Source: Epithemia pelagica
Lineage: Eukaryota > Protista > Bacillariophyta
Length of the DNA stretch: 64,000 nt
Assembly (NCBI GenBank): GCA_946965045.2
Contig: OX337240.1
Location: 3,162,001-3,226,000 of the forward strand
Direction: 5' to 3'
This document shows, in pieces, positions 1 through 11,605 of this stretch; position 1 is the stretch's first letter, and the number at the start of each line of letters is the position of its first letter. Both the position numbers and the translations under genes were made by a program. The notes beneath the pieces are model-generated. The model was not told the origin of the DNA. It saw only the letters and a program-made list of their open reading frames with translations, and searched no databases.

Positions 1-2520
1 CAACCAGAACGTATCCACACCTACTGCCGTCGGTTCCACGGATCATCCAGACTTGACCACTGCGGCAAATCGCCGAGAGCGCAATTGCTAGCTACCTAGC
101 TTTTCAACAGGGAAAAGCTACATGCTCGCTTGGTCCGTGTGAGCGCAAGCGAAAAGGTCATTCCACAGATTTCTACTGCCAATGTGCAGCGGCTTTGCTC
201 TCTGGCTAGACCTTTCATGGGGGACGGATGGAGGAGAATGACAAACGTTTGGATGGGCTAATACGCTGGGATCGAATCGACTCTACCGTAACAATGTGCA
301 GTACGTGCGCGCAAGGCTCTGCTGGGACTAACGATCCTTGTATAATAGTATGGAGCAACCGCCGCAACGACACAAGTAGTAATTCTACATCCGCTCCGCG
401 GAGTGGGGAGGCACGAGGAGGGGCTATTGACTCCGAGAAGGGCAATAGCTCCGAGAAGTGGACCGCCTTCTAAATCCGCGTCAGCGGATTTGGCGGTCCA
501 CGACGAGGAGCTATTGCCCGCCGAGGAGTCAATAGCCCCGACAAGTGCCCCCACGACCAGGAGGGGATGTCGCTTGCTTCTATCACCTCCGAGTCCCCCC
601 CTAATTAACTGTCACACTTTTTTCCCAGGACTGGTTTTTTTGCTCCGCACTATCTTTTTTAGCTCCGCACTTGCTCGCGTATGAGAGCGCGGCCGTCGCG
701 GGCAATATAAGGCTATATAAGACGAAAATCCTACTTCCATTCCGAGGAGCTATAGTAGTATTAAGAACTCCCTATGTCTAGTCCCTTTTGAGGAGGGTCG
801 CCCGGCGCGGAGGGTAGAATGACGAGGAGGGCAATGGTCGAGGAGGGCGCACGCCCGACAAGACAATTGCCCGTCGAGTCATTCTCCCGACAAGCCGGGC
901 GCGCCCGACGCGAGAGGACGGCCAGACACAGGGAAGTAGTAAACTTACTCCCTATCAAGCTGTGTAGGTAGTGAGAAATTCCTGGAAGCCATGTCACAAA
1001 GTGTCACACAAATGTCACACAATTGTCACACAAGTGTCACACATGAGAGGGAAACCGCGCGACTCGCACGAAACTACTTCCCGGTCGTACAAAAAATTCC
1101 TACTGTAGTATAAAAATGTGAGACGAACTACCTACACAGTCTGGTATGGAGTTAGTGTCTCACTTTCCGACCCTCCCAACAAGTGCCAACCCGAACAAGT
1201 CGTAGAAAAGTGATCTGCTTCACTTTGCTCAACAGGATGATGAGAGGCTGCCTTGGTTGCAGTGGACCAAGGCTTGGCGGATGGGAATGATTGGACATGT
1301 TGCCACCAGACAACTATTACATCGAGAAGGCAGTCGTTACACTGGTTTCCCGTCATTTGGTGATTTGGGCATGATAGTCGGTGTCATGGCCCACTTGTTT
1401 GTATACACATCACAAGAGACCTTGCTGCAGTGTAGCCCATGTATGCTGGCCAATCCACCATTGGATGGCCACACCTACAAGGATCGATTCGAGGGTGGGA
1501 CCATGATGAGTGGCTGTTGTTCCCTCGGGCAGCACCGAGCTGCAAGATGAGGGCCTTCTGGACTGACCGGAGGAACCAGCAACCACTCTACACATGTGTG
1601 TGCTGGCTCCAAAACAGGACGACAAGCATGGCAGAAATTAGGAAACAACAGCAGCCATGAAACGCAAGAAGACGACGGAACATCTGCGTGTCGAGGTCAC
1701 ATGGAGCTCGAATAAAGTCTGACGACGAGGTTTCCTGATCAGCGAATGCAGAAGTTGAAACAGATACTGTAGATCCGAGATCCAGGTCCTGAAACTTGAG
1801 ATTGACAATCAAGGTAGTATATCCGTACGGTATGTCCGATTGTGCATCGAGTCTAACGTGGTAAGGGCAAACACTTCTGGAACAAGTGTCGTCCGTGTTA
1901 GGATCTTTGTACAAGGTGATTGCATCGCCTTGGCTACTGCTTTGTTCCCTGGCTTACACCTCCGCACCTCGGGAGGTCAGAAGTGTCAAGAAACGCACAA
2001 GTGTCCACGTCGTTAAAGCAGCTACGGTCAAGTTGCTTGGCCTGGTAGGTGTCTGCTTGTAGCCAGTGCTAATTGCGCTTGTGAAGTTCTGCATCTGTGA
2101 TCCAAGCTGTTCCATCAGTCACTTGTTTGAGCTCCACGCTTTTAATCGACAATTGACAGGGCACAGATTCATGAATGGAATCGTACGTTTGTTCCGTTTC
2201 CGTTTTCATCACGGTGTTACTGCTGAAGCTTTGACCGAGCTCAGTCGTCACAGTGACGAGAAAATTCACAGGACCGTCATCTTCAGACGTCGTTTCAAAC
2301 GAAATCTATAGGGGCACAGCAGACACACGAGTGATGCGTTACAGCACCATTGTGTATATGAAATAATTACTCTTCACATTACATTGTATTTCTGTTGGTT
2401 GGTTGGAGTCTTCCATTCTCGTGGTCTACTTCATGCTTCGTTCGTAATTTCCGTTGTGTATTCATAGCTTTGACAATGCAAGACACATGTGTAATCCTGA
2501 CATAGTAGACGAGACTACTA

Positions 2521-4857
2521 CTACCTCCTCCTTCTCATCATTCCACCCGTGGCTCTCCAAGCTGCAAGACTGGTCGCACTGCTGCCCTTTCCACCACTCT
2601 CGCTCTTGGTTCGACCCGAGGATCCACCCGGAGATGGCGCACCGCGACTAGGACTGGCAAACATCATCATCATGCCAGCACCACCACCTCCACCACCACG
2701 GCCCATCATCATCATCATCATTCCACCACCATTGTCCTCCTCTTCCTCATTGTTGTCACCCCTCCCGCCATCCCTCTTTCCCATCATGCCACCCGTAGGC
2801 ATGGTGGGCTTGGGGGTTGGTCGGGGTGTGCTCTTGACCGTGGGTCGAGGAGTGGGGGTGGGTGGGTCGGTCAATCGCGCGGCATTGACTGCGGTGCGAG
2901 CATTGACAAAGCCAAAGCCCGTGTCAAAGTCAAAGCCAAAATCATACCATGCCGTGGAGGGACTGTCCATATCTTCGGCCGTGACTTGCAAAATACTCTT
3001 GACTTGGTCCGGCGTTAAAAAGGGTGCCGCCTCCAACATGAGCGCAGCGACGGCCGCCACATTGGGAGTCGCTGCTGACGTTCCCGAAAATTGAAAGCAT
3101 CCCGGAATCAAAACATCTTGTCCGAATGGTGGGAAAAAGTTGGTACAAGTTCCATCGGGACCAACAACCGAGGGTGTCATTCGAGTTTGTTCCTTGGGCA
3201 AACGAAGTCCGTCCAGACCAAAGAATATCGGTGTTCCGCCTGCTGCCGAAAACGAATTGATAGTGGCCGGTGATACGCCAAAGCCAGGAGTTTGACGGTA
3301 ATCTGCGGCGCCCACTGCAATAGCACCTTCCGCGTTGGCATGACCATAGCTCGTACTGGCGGATATAATTTCTTGAGGAAGATCGCCTAGTACTAGATTG
3401 ATACTTTGTGAAAAGATGATCTTGACAAATCCTGGTGGAGGACCTTCCGTGAGAGTCACCTCCATCTGGTAGAATCCGGGGTTTGGGAGGCTCACAAGTT
3501 CAACAGGCTCTCCGGTTAGGGCATTGTCACTCGAACTACTCTCCACTAAGAGAGACGTGGTTCCGTCAAACACAAACAGGTCGAGGTTGGTTCGAGGACC
3601 TGGCAAGCCCGTTGCAAAGGACGTGGGGTCATCCCATTGAAGAATGATAATCAAATCCGGGTCAGACGTCAAAAAACTCAATACCGTAGTCTCCTCCAAA
3701 GAGAAAATGGATTGCCCAAACGATAGACTGGGTTGATCAAAAAAAGTCCCGGCAGCTTGTACCCATGGACCAGTCCAAGATTGACGATTGAAGTTCCCTG
3801 CGGCAGAAAAGTAGGGAACACCCTTGCTTACGGCATAATCCACGGCCTGAGCGACCAGGTCATCCTGGAACATGGCTTCGTTAACGTAAAGGATATCATC
3901 ATTGATAATCTCACAGCCCAGATCTACCAGGGTTCGAATGGCATCGGCATAGGCGGCCTTACCAAATTTGGCAGTGTGAAACGCCTGATTCACTCCCGGC
4001 GCAACGTCGTGAATCAATTGCATCATGGCACGTCCCTCGTCCGTACATTCCAAAAACTCAATGCCGTCGGTTTCCTCCACATCGCGCACAATGGTCAAAC
4101 GATCCCAGGGAGGCAAATCTCCATCGCGAATGTCATCGGAGGCCGTCGAGTTGATTTGTTGGACACAATCAAACGAGTCGGAAAGAGTACACACCAAGAG
4201 ACCTTGTCCCGTCACACCAAAGAGATCACGAGCTTGATCGGCAAACATGGAAGAAGAGGCGAAACTGGACACCAAACCCGAAGCTTGCAGATTCACAACG
4301 TTGGAGGTTACCGACTTTATGTTGGGATGTGCGGCGATTTGATCCAACAGACGAATGTCGATATTGACCGAACAAGTACATTGAGAAGAGCCAGTAATCT
4401 GAATGACCCCAGGATGAGCTAGCAAAGTGGTTTTCCAGTCTTCTTCATTGGGGCATTCTTTTGGAACAATTTCGACCGTTACATGAATGCCATCTTGACT
4501 CAGCAATGTCCCCGTCGGAATGTGGAGCGATTCGACAAGATTTTGACGCGTGTAGAGCTTTCGTCCTCCACCACCCTGTTGTGCCTTGAAAATTTGAATC
4601 AGGTTATCGTCTACCGAGCCAAGGTCGTGCTGGGCGACAAAGGATTTCTTTTCGTTGATGGAAGCCTTCATGGATTCGTAGGCGGCCGCACGATCAAACG
4701 TGTCCACAACAGGACGACCATCGTCGGCGCCCTGGACAATGGAATCCGTGTCGTTGGAAGCTGGTATCGAATCAATGGCTGCATACACTGGATTCCACAT
4801 GAGCAGCAGAAGCAACAGACAAACTAAAATCATGTGGCTTGTTGTCCGGACAGCCAT
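2521..4857 (-). CDS. Secreted subtilisin-like S8 peptidase with Asp/Glu/Ser-type active-site motifs and a Pro/Thr- then Met/Gly-rich C-terminal tail
   Basis: Signal-peptide-like MAVRTTSHMILVCLLLLLLMWNPVYA (ATG 4857; ORF track starts at 4899). Motifs TLSDSF (Asp), TDEGRAM (Glu at the His position), SAAGN (oxyanion Asn), FSGTSAATPNVAAVAALMLE (Ser). Tail PTPTPRPT...GGMMMMMMGRGGGG...RRRR. Confidence 0.85.
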   Translation of the reverse strand: MAVRTTSHMILVCLLLLLLMWNPVYAAIDSIPASNDTDSIVQGADDGRPVVDTFDRAAAYESMKASINEKKSFVAQHDLGSVDDNLIQIFKAQQGGGGRKLYTRQNLVESLHIPTGTLLSQDGIHVTVEIVPKECPNEEDWKTTLLAHPGVIQITGSSQCTCSVNIDIRLLDQIAAHPNIKSVTSNVVNLQASGLVSSFASSSMFADQARDLFGVTGQGLLVCTLSDSFDCVQQINSTASDDIRDGDLPPWDRLTIVRDVEETDGIEFLECTDEGRAMMQLIHDVAPGVNQAFHTAKFGKAAYADAIRTLVDLGCEIINDDILYVNEAMFQDDLVAQAVDYAVSKGVPYFSAAGNFNRQSWTGPWVQAAGTFFDQPSLSFGQSIFSLEETTVLSFLTSDPDLIIILQWDDPTSFATGLPGPRTNLDLFVFDGTTSLLVESSSSDNALTGEPVELVSLPNPGFYQMEVTLTEGPPPGFVKIIFSQSINLVLGDLPQEIISASTSYGHANAEGAIAVGAADYRQTPGFGVSPATINSFSAAGGTPIFFGLDGLRLPKEQTRMTPSVVGPDGTCTNFFPPFGQDVLIPGCFQFSGTSAATPNVAAVAALMLEAAPFLTPDQVKSILQVTAEDMDSPSTAWYDFGFDFDTGFGFVNARTAVNAARLTDPPTPTPRPTVKSTPRPTPKPTMPTGGMMGKRDGGRGDNNEEEEDNGGGMMMMMMGRGGGGGGAGMMMMFASPSRGAPSPGGSSGRTKSESGGKGSSATSLAAWRATGGMMRRRR

Positions 4858-5558
4858 TGTCCAGGACCACGGTTGTTTGAATCCTCGATTCCGAACCATT
4901 GAGATTGCTTTTCGTCGTGAATGTTTCGTGCAGCAAGCCGAGGAGGATGAATCCGTTGCCTTTTTTGGGGGGTGTCGAAATTATAATCGGTGAAACTGTC
5001 ACCGGCAAAATGTCGTTGTTGTGGCAATCAATGCTCCGCAAACCAGCACAAATAACAACAACGTGGTTCTGAATCCCATAGTGGCAGTGGATGGAAACCC
5101 TTTCTTCATTGAATTTTCCAAATACACTCGTCCCACCAGCCATCGCCCTCTCTGCCAAATGGTTCGGTTGGAAGCTTGGCTGGTAAATTGTGTGGTGCTT
5201 GAGTCGTTTCACACGAGATGAGCACGCCGCGCGTGCTTTCCAAGATGACACATGTTGCGGAGTTAGGTGCACGTGGAATTTTCCTATTGAACTGTTGCCA
5301 AAACGGAACCGTGGCTTAATTATTCCTGCAGTGCTACCAACAACGAAAGTTTGTTAGATTCGACGTCTCAACGGTCGCCATCACATTTTAGTTATGCCTC
5401 ATCGGAAACGAGAGTCAAGCCCAATGGCTTGCTGGAGAAGGCCCTACCAGAGTATCACCGACCAAAGAGACTTCTCGTAGCTAGTAGGTTGTAGGACATA
5501 GCAATAGCAAGGCTACCTATCTATTTACTCCTACACAGTCGTCATTTTGGAGTAGTTA

Positions 5559-5598
5559 CTCCTACAAGCTGAGTTCAGACAGAATGTTCCTGACGTAG
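5559..5598 (+). repeat. Left TIR of the ITm element
   Basis: ctcctacaagctgagttcagacagaatgttcctgacgtag. Confidence 0.8.
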
Positions 5599-6192
5599 CG
5601 CTCCAGTAGGAAATCTACGTAATCCGCGCGAGCCATCCCCTTAATATAGCCCTTCTATTTATGCCTCTACCGTTCTACCAAAAATTGACCATGGTGAACG
5701 GTCCTTTTGACCGATCTCTTGCCAAATAGGAGACGGCTCCATGATCCCATGCTCTGAACCTCTTCTCCATTCATGGGTTGAGCATGGAGAACGATGTCGG
5801 CGCTGCATTCGTTTTGTAGGTGTCGTTTTATCTAGTTGAAGGTGGTCGCCGCGCGATTTACTACGGCGACTCACGGCAAAACTTGGTGCAACCAATGCAC
5901 CTCTATTGTAGAATCGAATGATAGAAGATAGAACAAAGACTATGAACACTTGTAGCGTTGTTCACGTCAAAAATTGATATTCTTCTCGTTAGATATATGG
6001 AACTTAGACTAGAAGTTGCGTCGTTCACAACAAAGATTGATGTTCTTTTCTTTGTTGTGACTCACACAGCCGTACCTGAACGCAATGTATTGTACGGTAA
6101 ACGTAACACAACTATAGAATTAGATCGTATTCATAGAGAATGAAGATCCTACTCAAATGATAATCATAAAACGCTGCTACATTGTTCACTAT

Positions 6193-6765
6193 CTAGGCTT
6201 GTTGATGATTAAAGAAGAGATTTTGAAGCGGGTGCTTGAGCATCATCGCACCAAGCGAAATGTTGAAGCGATCCATATCCTTGCTGCCCATGTAGATTGT
6301 AACGACCTGGGGTTCCATGCAGGCTTTAGGGTTGATGGAGCAGCGTGTGTAGAGGCGGATGCGTCCCATGGGAGGTCCGTTCTTGCTCGTCTTTCCAGAG
6401 ACCTGGTCCAGGTGCGACAGAGCAATGAACCCAACTGGAACAACCAACGCTGGTTCCTCATGCTCGCTTGTTGCATCCCGGTCAAAGACTGCAATCCGTA
6501 GGTAGTCGGTCGCAAGCTCCCGCTGCACAAGCAGATGGCCACGGTCGACGATGTTGTGGCCAGTGTCCTTGTTTCTCGACATGGGCCCGATGAGCGCGCA
6601 AACATCGCTGGCATAAAAGCACGACTTGAACGGGAGACCAGCACCACCCTCACGGCCATCCTCTTCGTTGAACTCGAACTTCGTCCTCATGTTGGTCATC
6701 TTGTTTCTTCTTCCTTGCCTCTTCCTGTCGTCTCTGTTTGATTGTTCCATTGCACGGCGGGTCAT
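6193..6765 (-). CDS. Hypothetical protein (ITm cargo)
   Basis: 190-aa ORF with protein-like composition, divergent from the gene at 6937; no recognisable domain. Confidence 0.35.
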   Translation of the reverse strand: MTRRAMEQSNRDDRKRQGRRNKMTNMRTKFEFNEEDGREGGAGLPFKSCFYASDVCALIGPMSRNKDTGHNIVDRGHLLVQRELATDYLRIAVFDRDATSEHEEPALVVPVGFIALSHLDQVSGKTSKNGPPMGRIRLYTRCSINPKACMEPQVVTIYMGSKDMDRFNISLGAMMLKHPLQNLFFNHQQA

Positions 6766-6936
6766 TCGGAAGTTGCTTCATGCTGCAAGTTGATTTTGTG
6801 GCGCGCGCCGATATTGTTCACGAATGAGCGCGGGGGGATTCCCTAGATGACACAAGAATGGAGAGCGGGCAACAATCAAACAAACAAACACAACAATCAA
6901 ACGAACGAATCCCTATTGTGTTCTCACTTTCCAACG

Positions 6937-7834
6937 ATGCGCCAGACGCGTAGTGCTACCAAACGAGCTGAGTCTGCGAAGAAGGAGCAGGAGGACTCCG
7001 CCGCAGCTCCCTCCACAACCGCATTTCCCTCCGACAAGGGAAACAAGGCAAACAAGAAAATGAAGACAAAGACGGCCGTGGACAACAAAACGTCGAAGAA
7101 GAAGAAGACGACGACGACGAAGTCTCCCGCTTCGACAAAGAAGCATGTGACCTTCAACCTTGAGGGTCCTTCGTCGTGGCACGAGCGCGCAAAACAGTGG
7201 CAACTCACCATTGGGGATGAAGATGGTATCCCAGTGTTCTTCGTCAGCAACAAGGACGTTGAATGCGCTAACCTGTCGGATATCGCGGCAGAGCTCCTTG
7301 CGATCGAGGCTGTCGGCAAAGAAGGTAAGTTTGATTGTTCATTGTTGGTTTTGAGTCTCCCTTTCTCACGACGCGCCCTCTGCTGCCACAGACACCAAAC
7401 CCAACAGCAAGCCCGACAACAAGCCCGACAGCAAGCCCGAGAAGGAGATCAAGAAGGAGGACGACGTCGAGAACAAGACTCCAGAGTCTTATGTGACCCC
7501 GAAGAAAGTAACTTCTTCCCCGAAGGTGGCGTCTCGAGCTTTCGCACTGACCCCCTCCCAGAAGCATGCTTTCCAGCGTCGGATTGCTGAGGAACAGGTG
7601 AAGGAAAGTGGAGCGACAGACCCTCGCCAGACTTTGAATGAGTCGCTGGCATTGGGAGAAAACATCCCGTCGTCTCCTCCTTTGTTCTTTAGCAATCCTT
7701 CCCGTGCATACCGGACATCCATTGATTCGTATGCCGATGATGGATTTCTCGAGACCCAAGAAGACTTCATCGGTACGCAGCAAAACGGGCTTTTTGGTCC
7801 CGATTACTTGGATCATGAGGACGAGGCGTACTAG
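6937..7834 (+). CDS. Two-exon hypothetical Lys/Thr-rich protein (intron 7325-7391)
   Basis: ATG 6937 (MRQTRSATKR...). Donor AG|gtaagt at 7325 and acceptor ccacag at 7391; splicing joins in frame to the 7493-7834 ORF. Confidence 0.55.
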
Positions 7835-8360
7835 ATATCTACTGATGGACGTTTTAGGTATCCTTAATCACTAAATATGAATCGATTTGTCATCATGGTA
7901 CTTGTAGTGCTTCTACAGTCGTTCTTGTTGTGATTATCATTATTGTCGTCGTCCAAGTCCTCGTCATTGTCGTGGCTATCATTGTCGTCGTTGTATTGTA
8001 GTCGTCCTTGTTGTAGCTATCATCGCTTATCCCGTTTGTCCTCTTCATCATCGTTATGGTCGTGATTGTCATGGTCATCATCATCGTCGTCGTCGTCATC
8101 CAGCTTCCCAGTGTCGGTAGTTGGGTCCCGGTTTGCGGGCGCGTCTCGTATGGATGTACGAGGGAGTTCGTGATTGGTCCCAGACGAGCTATGATTCTTA
8201 TCTCATATTTTGCGTTTTCGACACTTCATGGAAACAAACACGACAATGTACTAAAGTATAATATGAAGGAATAAACTAATAAATCTTAATGTCATACTGC
8301 AACTCAACGTACCATGGTATTCTTTTTCAACAATAACACACTTTCACCACGAGGAAAGAT

Positions 8361-11195
8361 CTAAGTTTGATCGGCTTCTTTGCTCGCGATCTTCTTACCA
8401 GGTTTATAATTCGCGGCCACAAGCACCTTACGAGGATTGTCACTTAGGACGCAAACACGCTTGTCCCCGACCCAAAGCTTAACCCCAACGAGCCCACTTC
8501 GGCGAACACCAGGGATGTCTTTGTCATGGAAGTAGTAGTCGGAAAGCCTGCTTTCTCCAGAAGGAAGGTTGTAGGTGTTCTTTGGCATGGGATCGTGAAC
8601 GGTCCCATCTTTTCCTTGGTACACGTAGAAATGTGCACGTGGATTCCCCATCTCCCCAGTCTTAAAGCCACCAGCATGGACAGTATCTCCTCGAACGAGG
8701 AGAAACGTGCCATATGGGATATGTACCACTTTACCCAGCTCGTTCATATAATCCTTGTGCTTCTCACCGCGGAAACTCCACAATTCAACGGACATACCCT
8801 CCTCCGCCAGGGGCATGAAAACAATAAAAGGCATGCGTTCCCGGAGTGGCAGATCTGCATTCGCTCTCCGAGTCTTTTTGATTGGTTGCTTCCCGGAGGG
8901 CGTTTTGGGACCTTCGGACATGTTCCCTGTTACGCTCTGGAACAAGAAGTCGATGTGAGGTTCTTGAACTTTTGCCTCTGTGGTCTTCATGAACGAAAGG
9001 TGAATGTTGATTTGGTCCGCAAATGAATCATCTTTTGCGTAGTTCATCCCATAGAGAGCTGAGGCAAGCAGCTGCTTGAAATTGGCCGTGACCTTTGCAG
9101 CATGTTCGGGGTTAACGTGGCCGAAGTACCGAATGTTGGACACCATTCCCTCATGTTCCATCATTGCCATCAACAAATTTGGTGTGTAGTCTTGAACAGA
9201 TTTGAAAAATTTGCCCTTTCCTTTCTGGTCCAAGCCTGTGCTGTGCCACGCATTCTCCAACATTTCGAGGAGATCTGGCGGAGTTGTCAAAAAATATCCT
9301 CGATACATTTTGTTTTCAATATCGTACAGCCATTTGAAATACTTCGAGCGCAATTCTCTATGTAACAACTTCATTTCCTCGAAACGCTCATTCTCCTTCG
9401 CTTTCGCATCGATCGCTTCCATCTCCTCAAAAATACTATCCGTGTCATCTTCTGCCATTACCACTGGTACGAACATTCCAGTACTAGGGCTGGGATTGGC
9501 TTGAGTGGCGGGTTGAGCTTGTGCTGCAGGTAGGACGGGACTGCTGGGAAGGAGCACGGGTTGAGCTTGTGCTGCAGGTGGGATGGGATTGCTCGGAAGG
9601 AGGTGGGGTGAGCCTTCGACCGGCTGGGTCGTGCGTTGTTGTTGCTGCTGATGATGGAGCGATGAAGGTAGAGTCCCCCCGTAACCTCCATAGTTGGGTT
9701 GATTGTAGGACGGAGGATGTCCATGGTACTGCGGCGGAGGATGACTCGTCGGAGGATGAGGATAATGCGGCGGAGGATAAGGATAATGCGGCGGAGGATG
9801 ATGATTGTACTGCGGCGGAGGGTAATTGTACTGCGGCGGAGGATAATTGTACTGCGGCGGAGGATGGTGATAATATTGCGGAGGATAATGCGGCGGCAGC
9901 TGAGGGGGCGAATTGTAGTGCTCAGAAACGTCTTGCGGAGGAGGCGGAGAAGGAAGAGCAGGAGGACGAGCAACAGCAGCAACTGGGCGGAAAACAGTAG
10001 TAGAAGAGGTAGCGAAAGCCTTCTTTGTTTTTTTCCCGTCGTCTTCATTTTCATCACTGGGTCGACCGCGTTTCTTTCCCTCGTCTTCGTCGTCGTCACC
10101 TTTCGTCGACGGTCGGATAACCTGTTCGGAGGACGTCGGCGATTCGTCCGAAAGGTTATAAAACAAAGACAGCTCGTCGCCCTTTTCGATCCGCTTGATT
10201 GCCTTGACTAGAAGATTCGGCATGATTCTCACGTTGTAATGATCATCCGATTCATCCGGTGGATTGTCTGTACCGTACCGATGGTGTAGGTGGTCGTTGA
10301 TTAAGTGCAGCCCCATGCCGAAGTGATCGTCGTTGTCTGCTTGAAGCCTTCGATTGTCACGTCCGAACTGAATCGCGTACTCGTTGGGTACAACTGTCCG
10401 AGACGTGACGTCGTTTCCCGTGTACGCACCAATCACTTCACCATCTTTGATTGTCCGAGCTGCAAAAACGCCAAACCCGGCGCCTGGGAGTTTTGACTCC
10501 TTCACCTCAAACAGAAGCACTTTTCCAAGGTAGATCTTGACTACCGGATTGTTCGCAAATGTGTAACCGACATGCTTGCCGATCGGGAAGGTATGTTTTC
10601 TGTTCTTCTTGACAGGGAGACCCATTCCACTCGAAAGTGGCACAATCTTCCCCTTTTGCATGCCAGAACCGGGCTTCCGAATTGGAGCTTCTTGGACCGA
10701 AAAAGTGGCCGAAATCTTCCGTGAGACATACTCTCCCATAGCACAGGCAAGTACAGCACTGTCTTTGATCTTGGAGAGCGTCTTGAGGCCTTCGGTGAAT
10801 TTCCTGATTGGATCCCGTCCAGAACGAGAAGGGAGTTTCTCCACTTCCTCGATGCCTTTCTTGTAGTCCTCTGTGCGCGTATCGATGAGGAGCTGCCGCA
10901 TTTGAGTTTCCGAATACTGTTTGCTGTGGTCCTTCTCTGGATGGCCACGCCGAACATCTGCAAGCTTTTTATCCTTCACTTCGGCAAAGTCTTGATCCGA
11001 AAGAAACCGATGGTGCTTTGTTGTTGTCGCTTCGTCTGTTGCTGCTGCTTCGGGCGCCGCTGCTGCTTTGGCTGACTGCTCTTCCGCTGCATCTATTGCA
11101 AGTATAAGAGCGTCAAGATTTCCTTTGTCACTCATGCTGTCTCGTTTTTGAGCGCCTGCTTTTGAATACTGTTTCTTAGGGCTTGGTTTCCCCAT
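8361..11195 (-). CDS. SET-domain protein fused to a C-terminal 2OG-Fe(II) oxygenase-like domain through a Pro/Tyr/His-rich linker
   Basis: SET motifs ESKLPGAGFGVFAARTIKDGEVIGAYTG, HLINDH and IKRIEKGDELSLFY. C-terminal QEPHIDF (HxD) ... FIVFMPL ... LLVRGDTVHAGG (distal His). Likely start MGKPSPKK at 11195 (ORF track 11249). Confidence 0.75.
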   Translation of the reverse strand: MGKPSPKKQYSKAGAQKRDSMSDKGNLDALILAIDAAEEQSAKAAAAPEAAATDEATTTKHHRFLSDQDFAEVKDKKLADVRRGHPEKDHSKQYSETQMRQLLIDTRTEDYKKGIEEVEKLPSRSGRDPIRKFTEGLKTLSKIKDSAVLACAMGEYVSRKISATFSVQEAPIRKPGSGMQKGKIVPLSSGMGLPVKKNRKHTFPIGKHVGYTFANNPVVKIYLGKVLLFEVKESKLPGAGFGVFAARTIKDGEVIGAYTGNDVTSRTVVPNEYAIQFGRDNRRLQADNDDHFGMGLHLINDHLHHRYGTDNPPDESDDHYNVRIMPNLLVKAIKRIEKGDELSLFYNLSDESPTSSEQVIRPSTKGDDDEDEGKKRGRPSDENEDDGKKTKKAFATSSTTVFRPVAAVARPPALPSPPPPQDVSEHYNSPPQLPPHYPPQYYHHPPPQYNYPPPQYNYPPPQYNHHPPPHYPYPPPHYPHPPTSHPPPQYHGHPPSYNQPNYGGYGGTLPSSLHHQQQQQRTTQPVEGSPHLLPSNPIPPAAQAQPVLLPSSPVLPAAQAQPATQANPSPSTGMFVPVVMAEDDTDSIFEEMEAIDAKAKENERFEEMKLLHRELRSKYFKWLYDIENKMYRGYFLTTPPDLLEMLENAWHSTGLDQKGKGKFFKSVQDYTPNLLMAMMEHEGMVSNIRYFGHVNPEHAAKVTANFKQLLASALYGMNYAKDDSFADQINIHLSFMKTTEAKVQEPHIDFLFQSVTGNMSEGPKTPSGKQPIKKTRRANADLPLRERMPFIVFMPLAEEGMSVELWSFRGEKHKDYMNELGKVVHIPYGTFLLVRGDTVHAGGFKTGEMGNPRAHFYVYQGKDGTVHDPMPKNTYNLPSGESRLSDYYFHDKDIPGVRRSGLVGVKLWVGDKRVCVLSDNPRKVLVAANYKPGKKIASKEADQT

Positions 11196-11605
11196 GGTCG
11201 AAACGCAAAAACTCGAAACACGAAACACAAGAAACACGAAACGCAGCATTCTCCTCAGCCCTCAGCTCACATTCCAAAAAAAATCTTGAGCTCACATACT
11301 AAAAAACGGTGAAGTTTTGGTATGTGGGCTGAGTTACTTAAGGATTTGCGTGCCAGTTTTGCGATGCGTGCGCGTTTTCGGAGAGGGAGGCGTGTTTCGC
11401 GCGAGGTCTGCTCCGAAAATCGTCCATTTTCTCGCTCTCTCACATTTTCGAGGTACTTACAAACTGATAATCCAACACGCAACACGAGCACGCAACACGG
11501 AAGTGGTCATTGATACCAATAACTGACAAGAAATACATTCAATAAAATGGATTGCTGTTATAAATAGTCAAGTTACATGCATTTTGATGATAAATGGAGA
11601 TTAGA

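Noticed and set aside
1132-2311. Short ORFs on both strands
   Set aside because: No motif, and frames do not join convincingly; possibly a decayed gene, but unsupported.
7893-8274. Thr/Met- or Asp-rich ORFs
   Set aside because: Low-complexity GAC/GAT triplet DNA with stops in the Asp frame.
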